From positions 1-24,272 of IMG/VR virus record IMGVR_UViG_3300040985_000790: a stretch of DNA of 24,272 bases. One strand, written 5' to 3'. The translations under genes were made by a program, and so were the position numbers. Source of the DNA: a virus. Taxonomy: Duplodnaviria; Caudoviricetes. Below are positions 1-8,840 of this stretch, in pieces. The first letter of the stretch is position 1. Every line of letters begins with the position of its first letter. Under the pieces are notes generated by a model. The model saw nothing but the letters and a program-made list of their open reading frames with translations, searched no databases and was not told the DNA's origin.

Positions 1-23
1 GCCTTTTTACTTTTCTTAGGCAT
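1..23 (-). CDS. 5' end of a basic protein (MPKKSKK...), truncated by window edge
   Basis: ATG 1 nt after the stop of the 190-aa ORF; open to the window edge; same Lys-rich style as neighbours. Confidence 0.5.
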
Positions 24-24
24 C

Positions 25-597
25 TTAGTAGCCCCGAGCTTTGCCGCCACCTTTACCGAGCCAGCCACCAGTCTTCGCACGGACTACACGCTTTTTAGCA
101 GGGGCTTTCTTTTTAGAGTGTTGGCGCATACCATCCTTATCACGTTTGGTCAACCCCATCTCTTCTCGCTTCTGAGCATCGCTGGCGTTAGCTGTGCGTT
201 TAATAGTTTTCTTCTTAGTCTGTTTACGCTGACCATCTTTACCACGATTAGTCCCACCAAGAATCTGCTGGATTTCTTTCTGGGAAAGACCTTCCATCCA
301 ATCAGCCGATGCTACCTTTTTACCTTTACCCACTTTACCACCATCTTTATATTTTTTTAATTTCATAGCCTCTTCAGCCTTTTTCTTTGGAACTTTACGG
401 CGTGGGGATATAGGACGAATGGGCTTCCCCTTTAGAGCATCATTTTGAGCAGGACTTAATTTTTTACCTGCCTTTTTATCTGCTTTAGCCTTTAATTTGA
501 ATTTATAGGAACGTAGAGCCGATCCTTTCCGAGCAGTAGAATCTACACTTTTAGCCGCTGCTTTCCGTCCTAAAGCAATAAGTTTACTTGCAACCAT
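25..597 (-). CDS. Lys/Arg-rich hypothetical protein, possibly internal virion/DNA-binding
   Basis: 190-aa ORF with AAGGA RBS; extremely basic; KDGGKV / KTGGWL / GGGKARGY motifs; in structural operon. Confidence 0.75.
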   Translation of the reverse strand: MVASKLIALGRKAAAKSVDSTARKGSALRSYKFKLKAKADKKAGKKLSPAQNDALKGKPIRPISPRRKVPKKKAEEAMKLKKYKDGGKVGKGKKVASADWMEGLSQKEIQQILGGTNRGKDGQRKQTKKKTIKRTANASDAQKREEMGLTKRDKDGMRQHSKKKAPAKKRVVRAKTGGWLGKGGGKARGY

Positions 598-601
598 GAT
601 A

Positions 602-1282
602 TTATCCTTTTCTCACTTTGCCGAAGCCTTGCTTCTGCCTATGTTGATTAACACCTTTATACCCTACTTTTCCTCCAGCATTCCGTCTGATGGTTCCTTC
701 CATCATCTGGATGAGATCAGCAGGGGATGCTGACTCGACTTGAGGCTTATCAAAGCCCCCCTTATGCATTCCTTCAGCAGCCTGATCACGGGTAAACCCT
801 GTGTCTTTCTTCAGTCCGATGTTGGGATTTCCTCCACCAGTCTCGCCACCACCCTGTCGGGCTTGTTTGTTCATACGAGAATCAAACTCACCATAAGACT
901 CTATAGCCTCAGACTTCTTCTGTGCAGCCCGTTTCTTTTTCTTACTTACTTTAATCTTCGGACGATCATCCTTCCTACGCTGTACCCCAATCTCTGTGGT
1001 CATACTATCCTCAGGACGTTTACGCATGGACTTACGTAAAGATTCACTTTGGGAAGCTTTAGAAGGACCCTTCTTCTTCTCTTTAATTTTCTTAGGCTTC
1101 TCTTTAGCTTTAGCTTTAGCCTTAGTAGCTTTAACCTTATCTGCTGCTTTCTCCATCTTCTTCATAGCATCATTCACCCTACGTGAACCATACTTCTTTA
1201 CAGCAGCAGCCCTTCCCTCTTGACCAGCAAACTTCTTAACAGTCTGCCACGCAACTCCAGCAACCTTACTTTTAACACTCAT
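602..1282 (-). CDS. Lys-rich hypothetical protein, possibly internal virion protein
   Basis: 226-aa ORF; TAATG overlap with upstream gene; GGAG RBS; poly-Lys tracts; NAGGKV motif. Confidence 0.75.
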   Translation of the reverse strand: MSVKSKVAGVAWQTVKKFAGQEGRAAAVKKYGSRRVNDAMKKMEKAADKVKATKAKAKAKEKPKKIKEKKKGPSKASQSESLRKSMRKRPEDSMTTEIGVQRRKDDRPKIKVSKKKKRAAQKKSEAIESYGEFDSRMNKQARQGGGETGGGNPNIGLKKDTGFTRDQAAEGMHKGGFDKPQVESASPADLIQMMEGTIRRNAGGKVGYKGVNQHRQKQGFGKVRKG

Positions 1283-1938
1283 TAATTCTCTCCCTTAACT
1301 ACGTTATTATCCGCACCCTCAGGGGAGCGTGGGGTTTGCATATCATCTCTTCGTGTTCTACGTGCCTGATTACGAAGTGACTCGACACCGGTCAGGTATC
1401 TCTTTTCAAATAATTCTACAACCTGCCAATTCTTTTGGAAGACCATTGCCTCTACCATACATGCGTTGAAGAGGGTATCGTAACATCTGTCAGTGAAGTA
1501 ATTTGTTTCTGAAACAGATGAAAGGGCAGTAGGCTTAGAAATATGAACCACAGTCCCGTCATAAGCAGATGTGGGGGTAGGGGCTAACTTGACTGTGGTA
1601 TCCCCTGTACGTGCATAATAAGCTGGAGTCCCAGTGCTGGCACTTACAGGCCAATAGTCATTAAGGAACTCGTCAGTCCTAAGGAGGAGGTTGATCCTGC
1701 TACCATCAGCAATAATATTGAAGTTCTTAACAATACGTGTCCCAGTAGGGAGGGTGACTTCCGCAGTTGATACAGGTACAGCTACAGACGTAAATGTCAT
1801 CAGACCATAATCATCAAGGTCACGGGTAAGTCTTTCCTCTCCCCTGTTAATCATCTTAGGGAGATTGGACAGGAACTCAGTCCCGTCATTCTCACAGGCT
1901 TCCGTCAGGTCAGTAACTAAATAACTATAACTGGTCAC
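1282..1938 (-). CDS. putative head-tail adaptor / tail tubular-type protein
   Basis: 218 aa with GTG start; N-terminal helix 'INRGEERL' then 'GTPAYY...LAPTP' pattern typical of podoviral adaptor proteins; downstream of the capsid gene. Confidence 0.6.
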   Translation of the reverse strand: MTSYSYLVTDLTEACENDGTEFLSNLPKMINRGEERLTRDLDDYGLMTFTSVAVPVSTAEVTLPTGTRIVKNFNIIADGSRINLLLRTDEFLNDYWPVSASTGTPAYYARTGDTTVKLAPTPTSAYDGTVVHISKPTALSSVSETNYFTDRCYDTLFNACMVEAMVFQKNWQVVELFEKRYLTGVESLRNQARRTRRDDMQTPRSPEGADNNVVKGEN

Positions 1939-1948
1939 TACAATATCC

Positions 1949-2254
1949 TTATCCGTAGAATACGGTTATTGTACTGGCCGATGTTGGGGCAGCTACACTG
2001 ACCAACCCATCAACCCTGATTCCAATATCTGGTAATGTGATTTGAGTATTGTCACTTACAGTGCTGATGGCAAACTTAATGATGTTTCCTGCTGTTGACC
2101 CGATGGGGGTGACAGAGGTTCCATCTAAAGTATAGGTTCCAACTCCAGTTGCATAGATAGCCCTGATACGGGTATCTTGAACTGTGGCAGAAGTAGTGAT
2201 ATCCACAAGAACTCCTGAACCTACTAGATGGGCTGAACGAATGGGTGTGGGCAT
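1949..2254 (-). CDS. small beta-rich putative virion protein
   Basis: 101-aa ORF, AAGGAG RBS, Thr/Val/Gly-rich, ends '...GIRVDG...ITVFYG'. Confidence 0.7.
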   Translation of the reverse strand: MPTPIRSAHLVGSGVLVDITTSATVQDTRIRAIYATGVGTYTLDGTSVTPIGSTAGNIIKFAISTVSDNTQITLPDIGIRVDGLVSVAAPTSASTITVFYG

Positions 2255-2292
2255 ACTATCTCCTTATAACCGTCTGACGAATACTAAACCTT

Positions 2293-2321
2293 ATTATATG
2301 CGGTAGGTAGGGACTATACAA
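2293..2321 (-). promoter_or_regulatory. sigma70-like promoter TTGTAT-N17-TATAAT
   Basis: perfect -10, 17-nt spacer, intergenic, immediately after the capsid terminator. Confidence 0.7.
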
Positions 2322-2352
2322 ATAAGAAAAGGGGCTCCCGAAGGAACCCCTT
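2321..2352 (-). terminator. intrinsic terminator after major capsid gene
   Basis: minus strand GGGGTTCC-TTCG-GGAGCCCC followed by TTTTCTTATT. Confidence 0.85.
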
Positions 2353-2378
2353 AACTTTACTTGATATGGTTTGACAGA

Positions 2379-3287
2379 TTAGCTGGAACCAGCCGCTCCG
2401 AACCATTGACGCCAATCACTCCAGCCGAAGCCATAACGCTCACGGCACTTATAACGGAGGTTGCCAGTATCGAAATCTTCGTCCATCTTGGTCTGAAGAC
2501 CAACACGGGTGAACATTTTCGTACCATTCGGGCAATCCGTTTTAAGGAACCAAGCGTTGGTATCAGTGAAACGACGATTGATGTGGAACCCACCGGGAAC
2601 AACACCAAGATGGCGAACACTGTTGATATCGTTGTTTCCGCCACCAGTCGTACCGGGGGAGTTAAGCAACGTATCAGCAGTAAAGGCCAAGTCAGAGGGG
2701 ACATGCAGTGAAACTGCACCAGCACCTACCAAGATTCCACGATCATCTTCGATCTTGGAAATGGAGATGGTGGCCGTTTCTACAGCCGACTCCGACAAGT
2801 CAGTGGCACCAATGTAGTTGGATTGGTTACCATCACCCACAGTCGGGTGAGCCGCTGAGAAGAGTTCAACACCATCTCCACCTGCATAAGCAGAGTTGAA
2901 GCTGTTGTTGAAAACGTCAGCCGCTTTAACCTGTTTGGTGTTCGACATAGCACGGGCCAGAGCTTTGGCACGGACTTTGGAGAACGTATCATACAAGTTA
3001 TCTTCCATAGCCTCTTCAGTAAGGGCGAATGCCAACGCGATGGTTTCCATCGTGTAACGGGAAGTATAACCTTCCTGTGCATCGTCATACTGAACAGCGG
3101 CACCTTCACCTTTAGTAGGTGCAGTGCCGAAACCAGTGAACAGTACTTCCTCTTCGAAAGAACGATCAGAAGTTTCCATTTCAAATAGAACCTTATGCTC
3201 ATCGTTGACTTCCCCATAGGAAACACCAAACACATCATTCAGACCCGGAAGGAGTTCTTTAGCAATGCTTGCGCGATTAATAGCCAT
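2379..3287 (-). CDS. major capsid protein (HK97 fold, Mu gpT-like family)
   Basis: 302 aa; 'MAINRASIAKELLPGL', 'SDRSFEEE', 'TEEAMEDNLY', 'DFDTGNLRYKCRERYGFGWSDWR'; strong RBS; followed by terminator. Confidence 0.9.
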   Translation of the reverse strand: MAINRASIAKELLPGLNDVFGVSYGEVNDEHKVLFEMETSDRSFEEEVLFTGFGTAPTKGEGAAVQYDDAQEGYTSRYTMETIALAFALTEEAMEDNLYDTFSKVRAKALARAMSNTKQVKAADVFNNSFNSAYAGGDGVELFSAAHPTVGDGNQSNYIGATDLSESAVETATISISKIEDDRGILVGAGAVSLHVPSDLAFTADTLLNSPGTTGGGNNDINSVRHLGVVPGGFHINRRFTDTNAWFLKTDCPNGTKMFTRVGLQTKMDEDFDTGNLRYKCRERYGFGWSDWRQWFGAAGSS

Positions 3288-3305
3288 GTTTAATTACTCC
3301 TTTCT

Positions 3306-3878
3306 TTAACCAGCCGAAACGCCCACAGTGACATAAGCGTCAATGTGGTCAATCAGCCGAACTTCAACTTTAGGAAACGCATCACCAGCAGCGTTGCCCG
3401 GAATCTTATGGATGGCGATGGGCATGATCGCAAGATCATCACCACGGGTGCCAGCCTTCATTCCGAAACCACTACGACCAGTAACAGTCGAACCCGCACC
3501 CAACGTAACATCAAACGTAATGCTGTTGAGATCACCTGCCGTAACAGATGCATCAGCTTGGATGATGTAGGTTGCGCTCGGATCGTCTTGGACGTTCACT
3601 ACAATGTCCGAAGCGGACGTTGAAGCGGGCCAATACTTACTCCATTTGGGTTCTCCATCAGCAGTATAGCTGACACCCATAAATACACCGACAATTTTAT
3701 CGGTGGTAACCGTGTTGTAGACTTCAATGTTCCCCGCATTCATCGTAACAAGATCACCAACAAAGATGTTGGAAGCGTAACCTGATGCTAACGTGTAATC
3801 ATTCATACCGTTAGTGTTAGCACCACTGCCACGCATACGCGAAGGACGGAAGCCATCAAGTGCTTTAGATAGAGCCAT
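3306..3878 (-). CDS. putative capsid decoration/cement protein
   Basis: 190 aa, AGGAGG RBS, 'GFRP...IFVGDLV...GVFMG...DDP' pattern; directly upstream of the capsid gene. Confidence 0.6.
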   Translation of the reverse strand: MALSKALDGFRPSRMRGSGANTNGMNDYTLASGYASNIFVGDLVTMNAGNIEVYNTVTTDKIVGVFMGVSYTADGEPKWSKYWPASTSASDIVVNVQDDPSATYIIQADASVTAGDLNSITFDVTLGAGSTVTGRSGFGMKAGTRGDDLAIMPIAIHKIPGNAAGDAFPKVEVRLIDHIDAYVTVGVSAG

Positions 3879-3935
3879 TTGATATTCCTCCTAATTATTT
3901 GACAATTAAGTTTTGATGATCTCCTACGTAACCCT

Positions 3936-4433
3936 TTAGTCTTGGAAAGATGGAGTACGTCCTTTGATCACCTGTGATTTACTTCTATTCGAAATAGGAG
4001 CCCTTGAATCATTATTGGACATCAACTGTGAATTAACAGCGTCCATCATCTGGTGACTCTTACCCTCATAGAACTCTTTACGGGCTATAGCTTTATGCGT
4101 TGGAATCATCGCCAACGAAACATCTCCACGACAGACTGTTCCACTATAACGCCCTTCGTCCTTCACGACAGAACTCTGAGCCATCTCGGGGACATCTTCA
4201 AGTGCCACAAAATCCCATCCTTCTTGAATCCGCTTACCTACATTCTGGATGTCATCCTTACCCTTGAGAGTGATTCTGATCCAGCGTAGTGACAAACCCT
4301 GATCTGCGAAACGATCAATTACGACTTGGGGGATGTCTAGTAAGTTAGGTTCTTCAAAGGAATAGTCTTCGAAAGCTCTTGCTTCAGTTTCTCGACTTAC
4401 CTCAGTACGTGCCATATCTTCAATACGTGTCAT
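3936..4433 (-). CDS. conserved phage head-module protein
   Basis: 165 aa, GGAGG RBS; 'LRWIR...D..NV.KRIQEGW.FV' motif seen between scaffold and capsid genes in this phage type. Confidence 0.75.
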   Translation of the reverse strand: MTRIEDMARTEVSRETEARAFEDYSFEEPNLLDIPQVVIDRFADQGLSLRWIRITLKGKDDIQNVGKRIQEGWDFVALEDVPEMAQSSVVKDEGRYSGTVCRGDVSLAMIPTHKAIARKEFYEGKSHQMMDAVNSQLMSNNDSRAPISNRSKSQVIKGRTPSFQD

Positions 4434-4450
4434 AATAATTATCCTCCACG

Positions 4451-5428
4451 CTATACGTTAATTTCGGTATAACCACCATCAGCCTTATCGGCTTCAAGTT
4501 TTCGTTGGGCATACCGTTCAAGTGGGATTCCCCATTTTTCAGCAAGTCGTACATCCTCTTGTGTGAGTTTGACTTTCTTAGAACTGGGAGTCTTAATGGT
4601 AGGAGAGCGTGACCCTCCTGCAACCACTTGTGAAGTTTCAGTCGTGTCTTCATCACGGGGTTCGTCTTTTGTTTTAAACTTACTTGGGAGAACGTCCCTT
4701 AGACGGGTGTCGATCTCTGTGTAAAATTCATCATCGGATGGATCATAACCTTCTTCCTTTAACTGTGCATCAATTGCCAGCGCAGTTGCAGTCATAATTT
4801 GGTCTGTCCCAAACCAACTGTCATTGTCTGTTGCCCATTTAACTGCCATAGGATCGTAGTTGGCAGGGTTTACTTCTTCAATAGTCTTAGGAACCGTGAT
4901 AGGGGCCTGAGCCTGTTCTGCCTTTTCAGCTTCCTTGTAATCTTCATATGCCCCTTTAGCATTGATGACTGCTGCCATCTCTAACTGGGCCTGATTCAAA
5001 GAGGTCTGGGCTTTGACAATGGCATCCGAATCATTCTCATCAATAGCATTCTTATAAACAAGCTGTGCCTGTGTGATGCGTTCATTCAGAGAAATTTCTG
5101 ATGCGTCAATATTTTTCTTTTGAACGGTGACTAACTCAGTAGCCTTTTCTTGGAGTCGGCTCTCGTATTCATTAATACGTGCTTGCATTGATGTGATAGT
5201 GTCTTCACGATCTTTGCGTTGCTTGATAAGCTGACGGATGCGCTTCTGCGCCCCTTGAGTTTCGATACCGTCTAATTCTTTTGGGGGGGTTTCTTTTTCT
5301 TGAGAGGGGGCAGGTTCCTGTACTTCTTCAGTTTCTTCAGGGGCTGCTTCAATCTCAAACTCTACTTTAGGTTCTGCTTTGTCTTCTGTGGGCTCGACTT
5401 TAGTCCACTCGTCTACTACGTCACTCAT
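4451..5428 (-). CDS. putative capsid scaffolding protein
   Basis: 325 aa, acidic N-terminus, long coiled coil ('QKRIRQL'), 'W...N.SWFG.D', C-terminal 'VKLTQEDVRLAEKWGIPLERYA' helix-turn. Confidence 0.7.
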   Translation of the reverse strand: MSDVVDEWTKVEPTEDKAEPKVEFEIEAAPEETEEVQEPAPSQEKETPPKELDGIETQGAQKRIRQLIKQRKDREDTITSMQARINEYESRLQEKATELVTVQKKNIDASEISLNERITQAQLVYKNAIDENDSDAIVKAQTSLNQAQLEMAAVINAKGAYEDYKEAEKAEQAQAPITVPKTIEEVNPANYDPMAVKWATDNDSWFGTDQIMTATALAIDAQLKEEGYDPSDDEFYTEIDTRLRDVLPSKFKTKDEPRDEDTTETSQVVAGGSRSPTIKTPSSKKVKLTQEDVRLAEKWGIPLERYAQRKLEADKADGGYTEINV

Positions 5429-5481
5429 TTTATCTCCTACGCCACTGCGATGTGGTCGGTTACGCCTTATGTATATAGAAA

Positions 5482-5510
5482 ACTATACACCTTACTATAG
5501 GGGTATCCAA
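5482..5510 (-). promoter_or_regulatory. sigma70-like promoter TTGGAT-N17-TATAGT
   Basis: 17-nt spacer; intergenic, upstream of the scaffold-capsid genes. Confidence 0.55.
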
Positions 5511-5513
5511 ATT

Positions 5514-5930
5514 TTAATTGGATAAATTATATGTGGTGTCCAGATAAGTTGGGTCACCGACATTCATAAAGACCTGATCATCAAAGATCAACAGGAGTTT
5601 AACACCCTGATAGATCATCTTAAGACCAGCATTCTTCCCATAACAAATGTAATCCCCCACCTGACACCATTTCCCATTAGGGAATTTAGCTTTGTCCTCA
5701 TAGGCTAGTTCGCCTAACTTAAGGACACGGCCGACTGTGGTGAGGTAAGAAATGTCATCTTTGGTTGAATCAGGTAGGATAATCCCACCTTTGGTCTTAG
5801 CTTTGATAGAAACAGGACGGACAAGGATATGATACCCCTTAATGTCCGGTAGGAGTTCAGGGTCTGGTACGTCACCCTCCTGAACCCACTGATCGTTCTT
5901 GATAGCTTTACCCATCTGAACTTGCTGCAT
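5514..5930 (-). CDS. groES: co-chaperonin GroES (Cpn10 family)
   Basis: 'GYHILVRP...KTKGGIILPD...GRVLKLG...VGDYI.Y...G' Cpn10 signature including the mobile loop. Confidence 0.9.
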   Translation of the reverse strand: MQQVQMGKAIKNDQWVQEGDVPDPELLPDIKGYHILVRPVSIKAKTKGGIILPDSTKDDISYLTTVGRVLKLGELAYEDKAKFPNGKWCQVGDYICYGKNAGLKMIYQGVKLLLIFDDQVFMNVGDPTYLDTTYNLSN

Positions 5931-6124
5931 TAGTCATCATCCTCATAGTCTGTACGTTTTCTGATAGTGTCTAGGACTAAGTCAATACCAAGTTCTATTC
6001 CTTGAATAGTCCCAACCAGTTCACGATAATGAGAATAATCCGAAGCTCCACCAGACGCAAGGAGATTCTTCAAGTCTTCTACTTTTTCTTTCGCCTGTTG
6101 TTTTAGTTCAGTATGGAGTTGCAT
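5930..6124 (-). CDS. small conserved phage protein
   Basis: 64 aa; TAATG coupling on both sides; 'DYSHYRELVGTIQGI' motif commonly found between portal and GroES. Confidence 0.75.
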   Translation of the reverse strand: MQLHTELKQQAKEKVEDLKNLLASGGASDYSHYRELVGTIQGIELGIDLVLDTIRKRTDYEDDD

Positions 6125-6279
6125 TATTTCCCTGTGAGTTTATTGGAAGACTTCGGGGGGCATACGTATGAGTCAGGGTCCCGCTTATTCAGGATACCAA
6201 CCTGCGCCCGTGCGCTCCATTTGTCAGCAGGGACCTTGCTCCAGTCCCCAACATCTTTACCGCTTTTCTTACTTTCCAT
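6124..6279 (-). CDS. 51-aa hypothetical protein (MESKKSGKDVGDWSKVPADKW...), not in ORF track
   Basis: AAGGAG RBS; starts 1 nt after the portal stop; TAATG overlap with next gene; fills the gap exactly. Confidence 0.7.
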   Translation of the reverse strand: MESKKSGKDVGDWSKVPADKWSARAQVGILNKRDPDSYVCPPKSSNKLTGK

Positions 6280-6280
6280 C

Positions 6281-8755
6281 TTATTTCTCCTTTTTAGTCA
6301 GTTCATGTGATTGTTCTTGTACGGCTAATTTACTGATAAGGTCAACCACCTTCATCCCCTTTGCAGTATCGTCATCGGTTTCATGTTTGATCATGTCCAT
6401 CAGAAGACCTAAAGCCATCTTCACCTCATCAGCTTTTCGGTCTTTCTCATTCTCTTCGATAGCTGAAATACCTTTGGCCCCATCAATCTGAGCCTTCATC
6501 ATAACTTCTGCCTGTCGGATATCCAACTCCTTATCCTTCAAGGCTCCGTCAAGCTGGGCATCCATAAGTTTGAAGTTGATAGTCTTATCCTCAAGCTCCA
6601 GTCGTCTGGCCTCCATCATAACCATCTGCTCTTCAGGGGATGGGGGTCCTTTGGCAGCTTGCTCATTAGCAATTACAACCTTCTGTGCAGCCTCGGCCAT
6701 AACCTTTTCAATGTTGGCAGGATTATCACCGGACATCTGTTTGGTCAGACCATTCATCTGTTCCTGATAAGCCATCACAGAATGTTCCTGAATGTTGGAA
6801 GACAGGAGGGGGACAATCCTCTGCATGATAGGGTTGGCCCCATTCTTAGGGTCTTGTAAGTAGGCCATCTTCACTTTGATGTGTGAGTCATGGTCCTGTC
6901 CAGCAAAGGCTTTAATAGCCATCCCCTTTGTTGTAGCCATGATATCTGATACAGGATCAAGGGGCTGTGGTTCTGGTTTCTTAGGCATGATCTTATCAAT
7001 GTTAGGATAGTTGGCTTGCTCAAGGACTGTCCTGTTTAGTTCTTCCATGTTGAACATACCAGCAGGGGACTTCTCAGCCATCCCCTGTACCATCTGTGTC
7101 ATCATCATACGATGGGCAGATGATGGAATGTTGGGATCACTGACAGGGGCGATGTCTATCTGTCCATCATAATCCTTACGGAAGACCTGCCCTTCACCTC
7201 CAACAACATCGAAGGGGTATTTGGAAGGGAGGTGTTCATAGTTCAGACGGGCAATAACCTGAAGCTCTTCCTTCTGAGCTTTATGGAATCTCTTATGGAT
7301 GCTGGTCCCAAACTTAGAGGAAGCTTCCAACAGGGCCATCGTAGTCCCTACTGGGCCATAGCTTGACACATCACTTAACATCTTATCGTGTTGATCAGCA
7401 AAGGATTCCCCTGCATCCTGTACGAATCCCAGCATCTGGAATAGGGTTGGGGAAGGTTCTTTGTTTGGATTCGGCAGAAGGGCCTTTGTAAGGTCCACCC
7501 CTGTTGCTTCCACTTCCCTCCACTCACCGGGGGCTATAGGTTCATTACCACCAACAACCCTGACCCCTTTAGCTTTGAAGCCGCCCGGAAGTGTGGCGAA
7601 CTGTCCTGCATCTATCAAAGCCCTCATAGCACTTGTGGCTGTTGCAGACATGTTCCCCAGTAAATGTATGTACCCCATACCATAAAAACCAAAGCCCGGT
7701 ACGAACTTGTAATGGGTGAAGAAAGGTTTACGTGTATAGGTTTCGTCATCTTCATCATAGTTCCTACGGATGGCAAGGACACTGCCTGTCCCTTTCTCCA
7801 CAGTCACAATGTAAGGGAGGGTGAGGTTATCTTCCTCTTCTTCCAATCCTTCTATGGAGAGGTAACAGTGTTGTTCCAACAGTTCAAACTGTGGGTCACT
7901 GTCAGCATTCTGAGAAACCCCATTAATCATATTCACCTTCTCAGCCAAGCTGGACAGGTTGATGATGGAAGCTTCTGGTAGGTCAACATCAGCATACATC
8001 CCACTGAGGATATGACGTTCCATATCACGGGGGGAACAGTCGATGAGGTGGGTGTAGCGTTCTGCCATGTCTAAGTTCTGGGCGAAGTTGTTAACCACAA
8101 ACCTGTCAGCAGGGACTAGCTCATCCACTGGACGTTTGTATGTGGCATCATAGTACGCCTTCTTGAAAGCAGACCCCATCACTGAAGAGAAGAGCATCAT
8201 CCGTTCGGAGTTGTCATAGTACTCCTTCATCTGCTCAGTCAACTGCCAGTTCATATGTTCCTTGATGCGCTTGGCCTGTGCCTGTTTCTCATCAGAGTAA
8301 CGACCAAACATCTGCGCTTTCACAGGCCCAGCAGGGGGGAGGAGTTCCTGTGTGGCTTTAGATTGGAACTTGACCGCCGCCTCCAAAATCATTGGATGGA
8401 CGGCGGTGCAAGCCCCTTCGAAAGGTTCGTCAGTCTCTTCCAGTTTTAGACCTAATAAATCGAACCCCCTCTCGAATATACGTTCCCATTCAGAGCGAGA
8501 CTCTAAATCGGAATTACAATTGTTTACAACGTCTGCCCCAATTTCCTGTAAGGCATCGTCATCTAATTTTTCTACAAGGTTGGAATAGAAGCCATCACTA
8601 TAGGAAAGGACAGTGTTTGCTTCCCCTGCACCAAAGTCAACCATAACCCCACCATCATCCTCAGGGGTGATAGTAGCATTAGGGGACTCCTCTGCATCTA
8701 CAACAATATCAGCAGGAGGGGTGGTCACATCATAAGGATTTTGTTCGACAGCCAT
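6281..8755 (-). CDS. portal protein (P22-like, long C-terminal coiled coil)
   Basis: 824 aa next to terminase; 'EPFEGAC..VHP', 'GSAFKK.YYD', 'PGFGFYG.G.IHL.G', 'PVGTTMALLE', 'PVSDPNI'. Confidence 0.9.
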   Translation of the reverse strand: MAVEQNPYDVTTPPADIVVDAEESPNATITPEDDGGVMVDFGAGEANTVLSYSDGFYSNLVEKLDDDALQEIGADVVNNCNSDLESRSEWERIFERGFDLLGLKLEETDEPFEGACTAVHPMILEAAVKFQSKATQELLPPAGPVKAQMFGRYSDEKQAQAKRIKEHMNWQLTEQMKEYYDNSERMMLFSSVMGSAFKKAYYDATYKRPVDELVPADRFVVNNFAQNLDMAERYTHLIDCSPRDMERHILSGMYADVDLPEASIINLSSLAEKVNMINGVSQNADSDPQFELLEQHCYLSIEGLEEEEDNLTLPYIVTVEKGTGSVLAIRRNYDEDDETYTRKPFFTHYKFVPGFGFYGMGYIHLLGNMSATATSAMRALIDAGQFATLPGGFKAKGVRVVGGNEPIAPGEWREVEATGVDLTKALLPNPNKEPSPTLFQMLGFVQDAGESFADQHDKMLSDVSSYGPVGTTMALLEASSKFGTSIHKRFHKAQKEELQVIARLNYEHLPSKYPFDVVGGEGQVFRKDYDGQIDIAPVSDPNIPSSAHRMMMTQMVQGMAEKSPAGMFNMEELNRTVLEQANYPNIDKIMPKKPEPQPLDPVSDIMATTKGMAIKAFAGQDHDSHIKVKMAYLQDPKNGANPIMQRIVPLLSSNIQEHSVMAYQEQMNGLTKQMSGDNPANIEKVMAEAAQKVVIANEQAAKGPPSPEEQMVMMEARRLELEDKTINFKLMDAQLDGALKDKELDIRQAEVMMKAQIDGAKGISAIEENEKDRKADEVKMALGLLMDMIKHETDDDTAKGMKVVDLISKLAVQEQSHELTKKEK

Positions 8756-8806
8756 TTATAAGGTCCTTCTATCTTAGAGCCCTTTGCAGGGAAAACTGGA
8801 TACCTT

Positions 8807-8835
8807 AATATAAAAGGTTTTGGCGTAGGATACAA
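8807..8835 (-). promoter_or_regulatory. sigma70-like promoter TTGTAT-N17-TATATT
   Basis: same -35 as the promoter at 2293-2321, 17-nt spacer, intergenic upstream of portal. Confidence 0.6.
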
Positions 8836-8840
8836 GTAAG

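Noticed and set aside
5484-5503. T7-like phage RNAP promoter (…ACTATAGGG)
   Set aside because: Only the 3' end matches, it points antisense to the structural genes, it is not repeated, and it lies within the spacer of a sigma70-like promoter.
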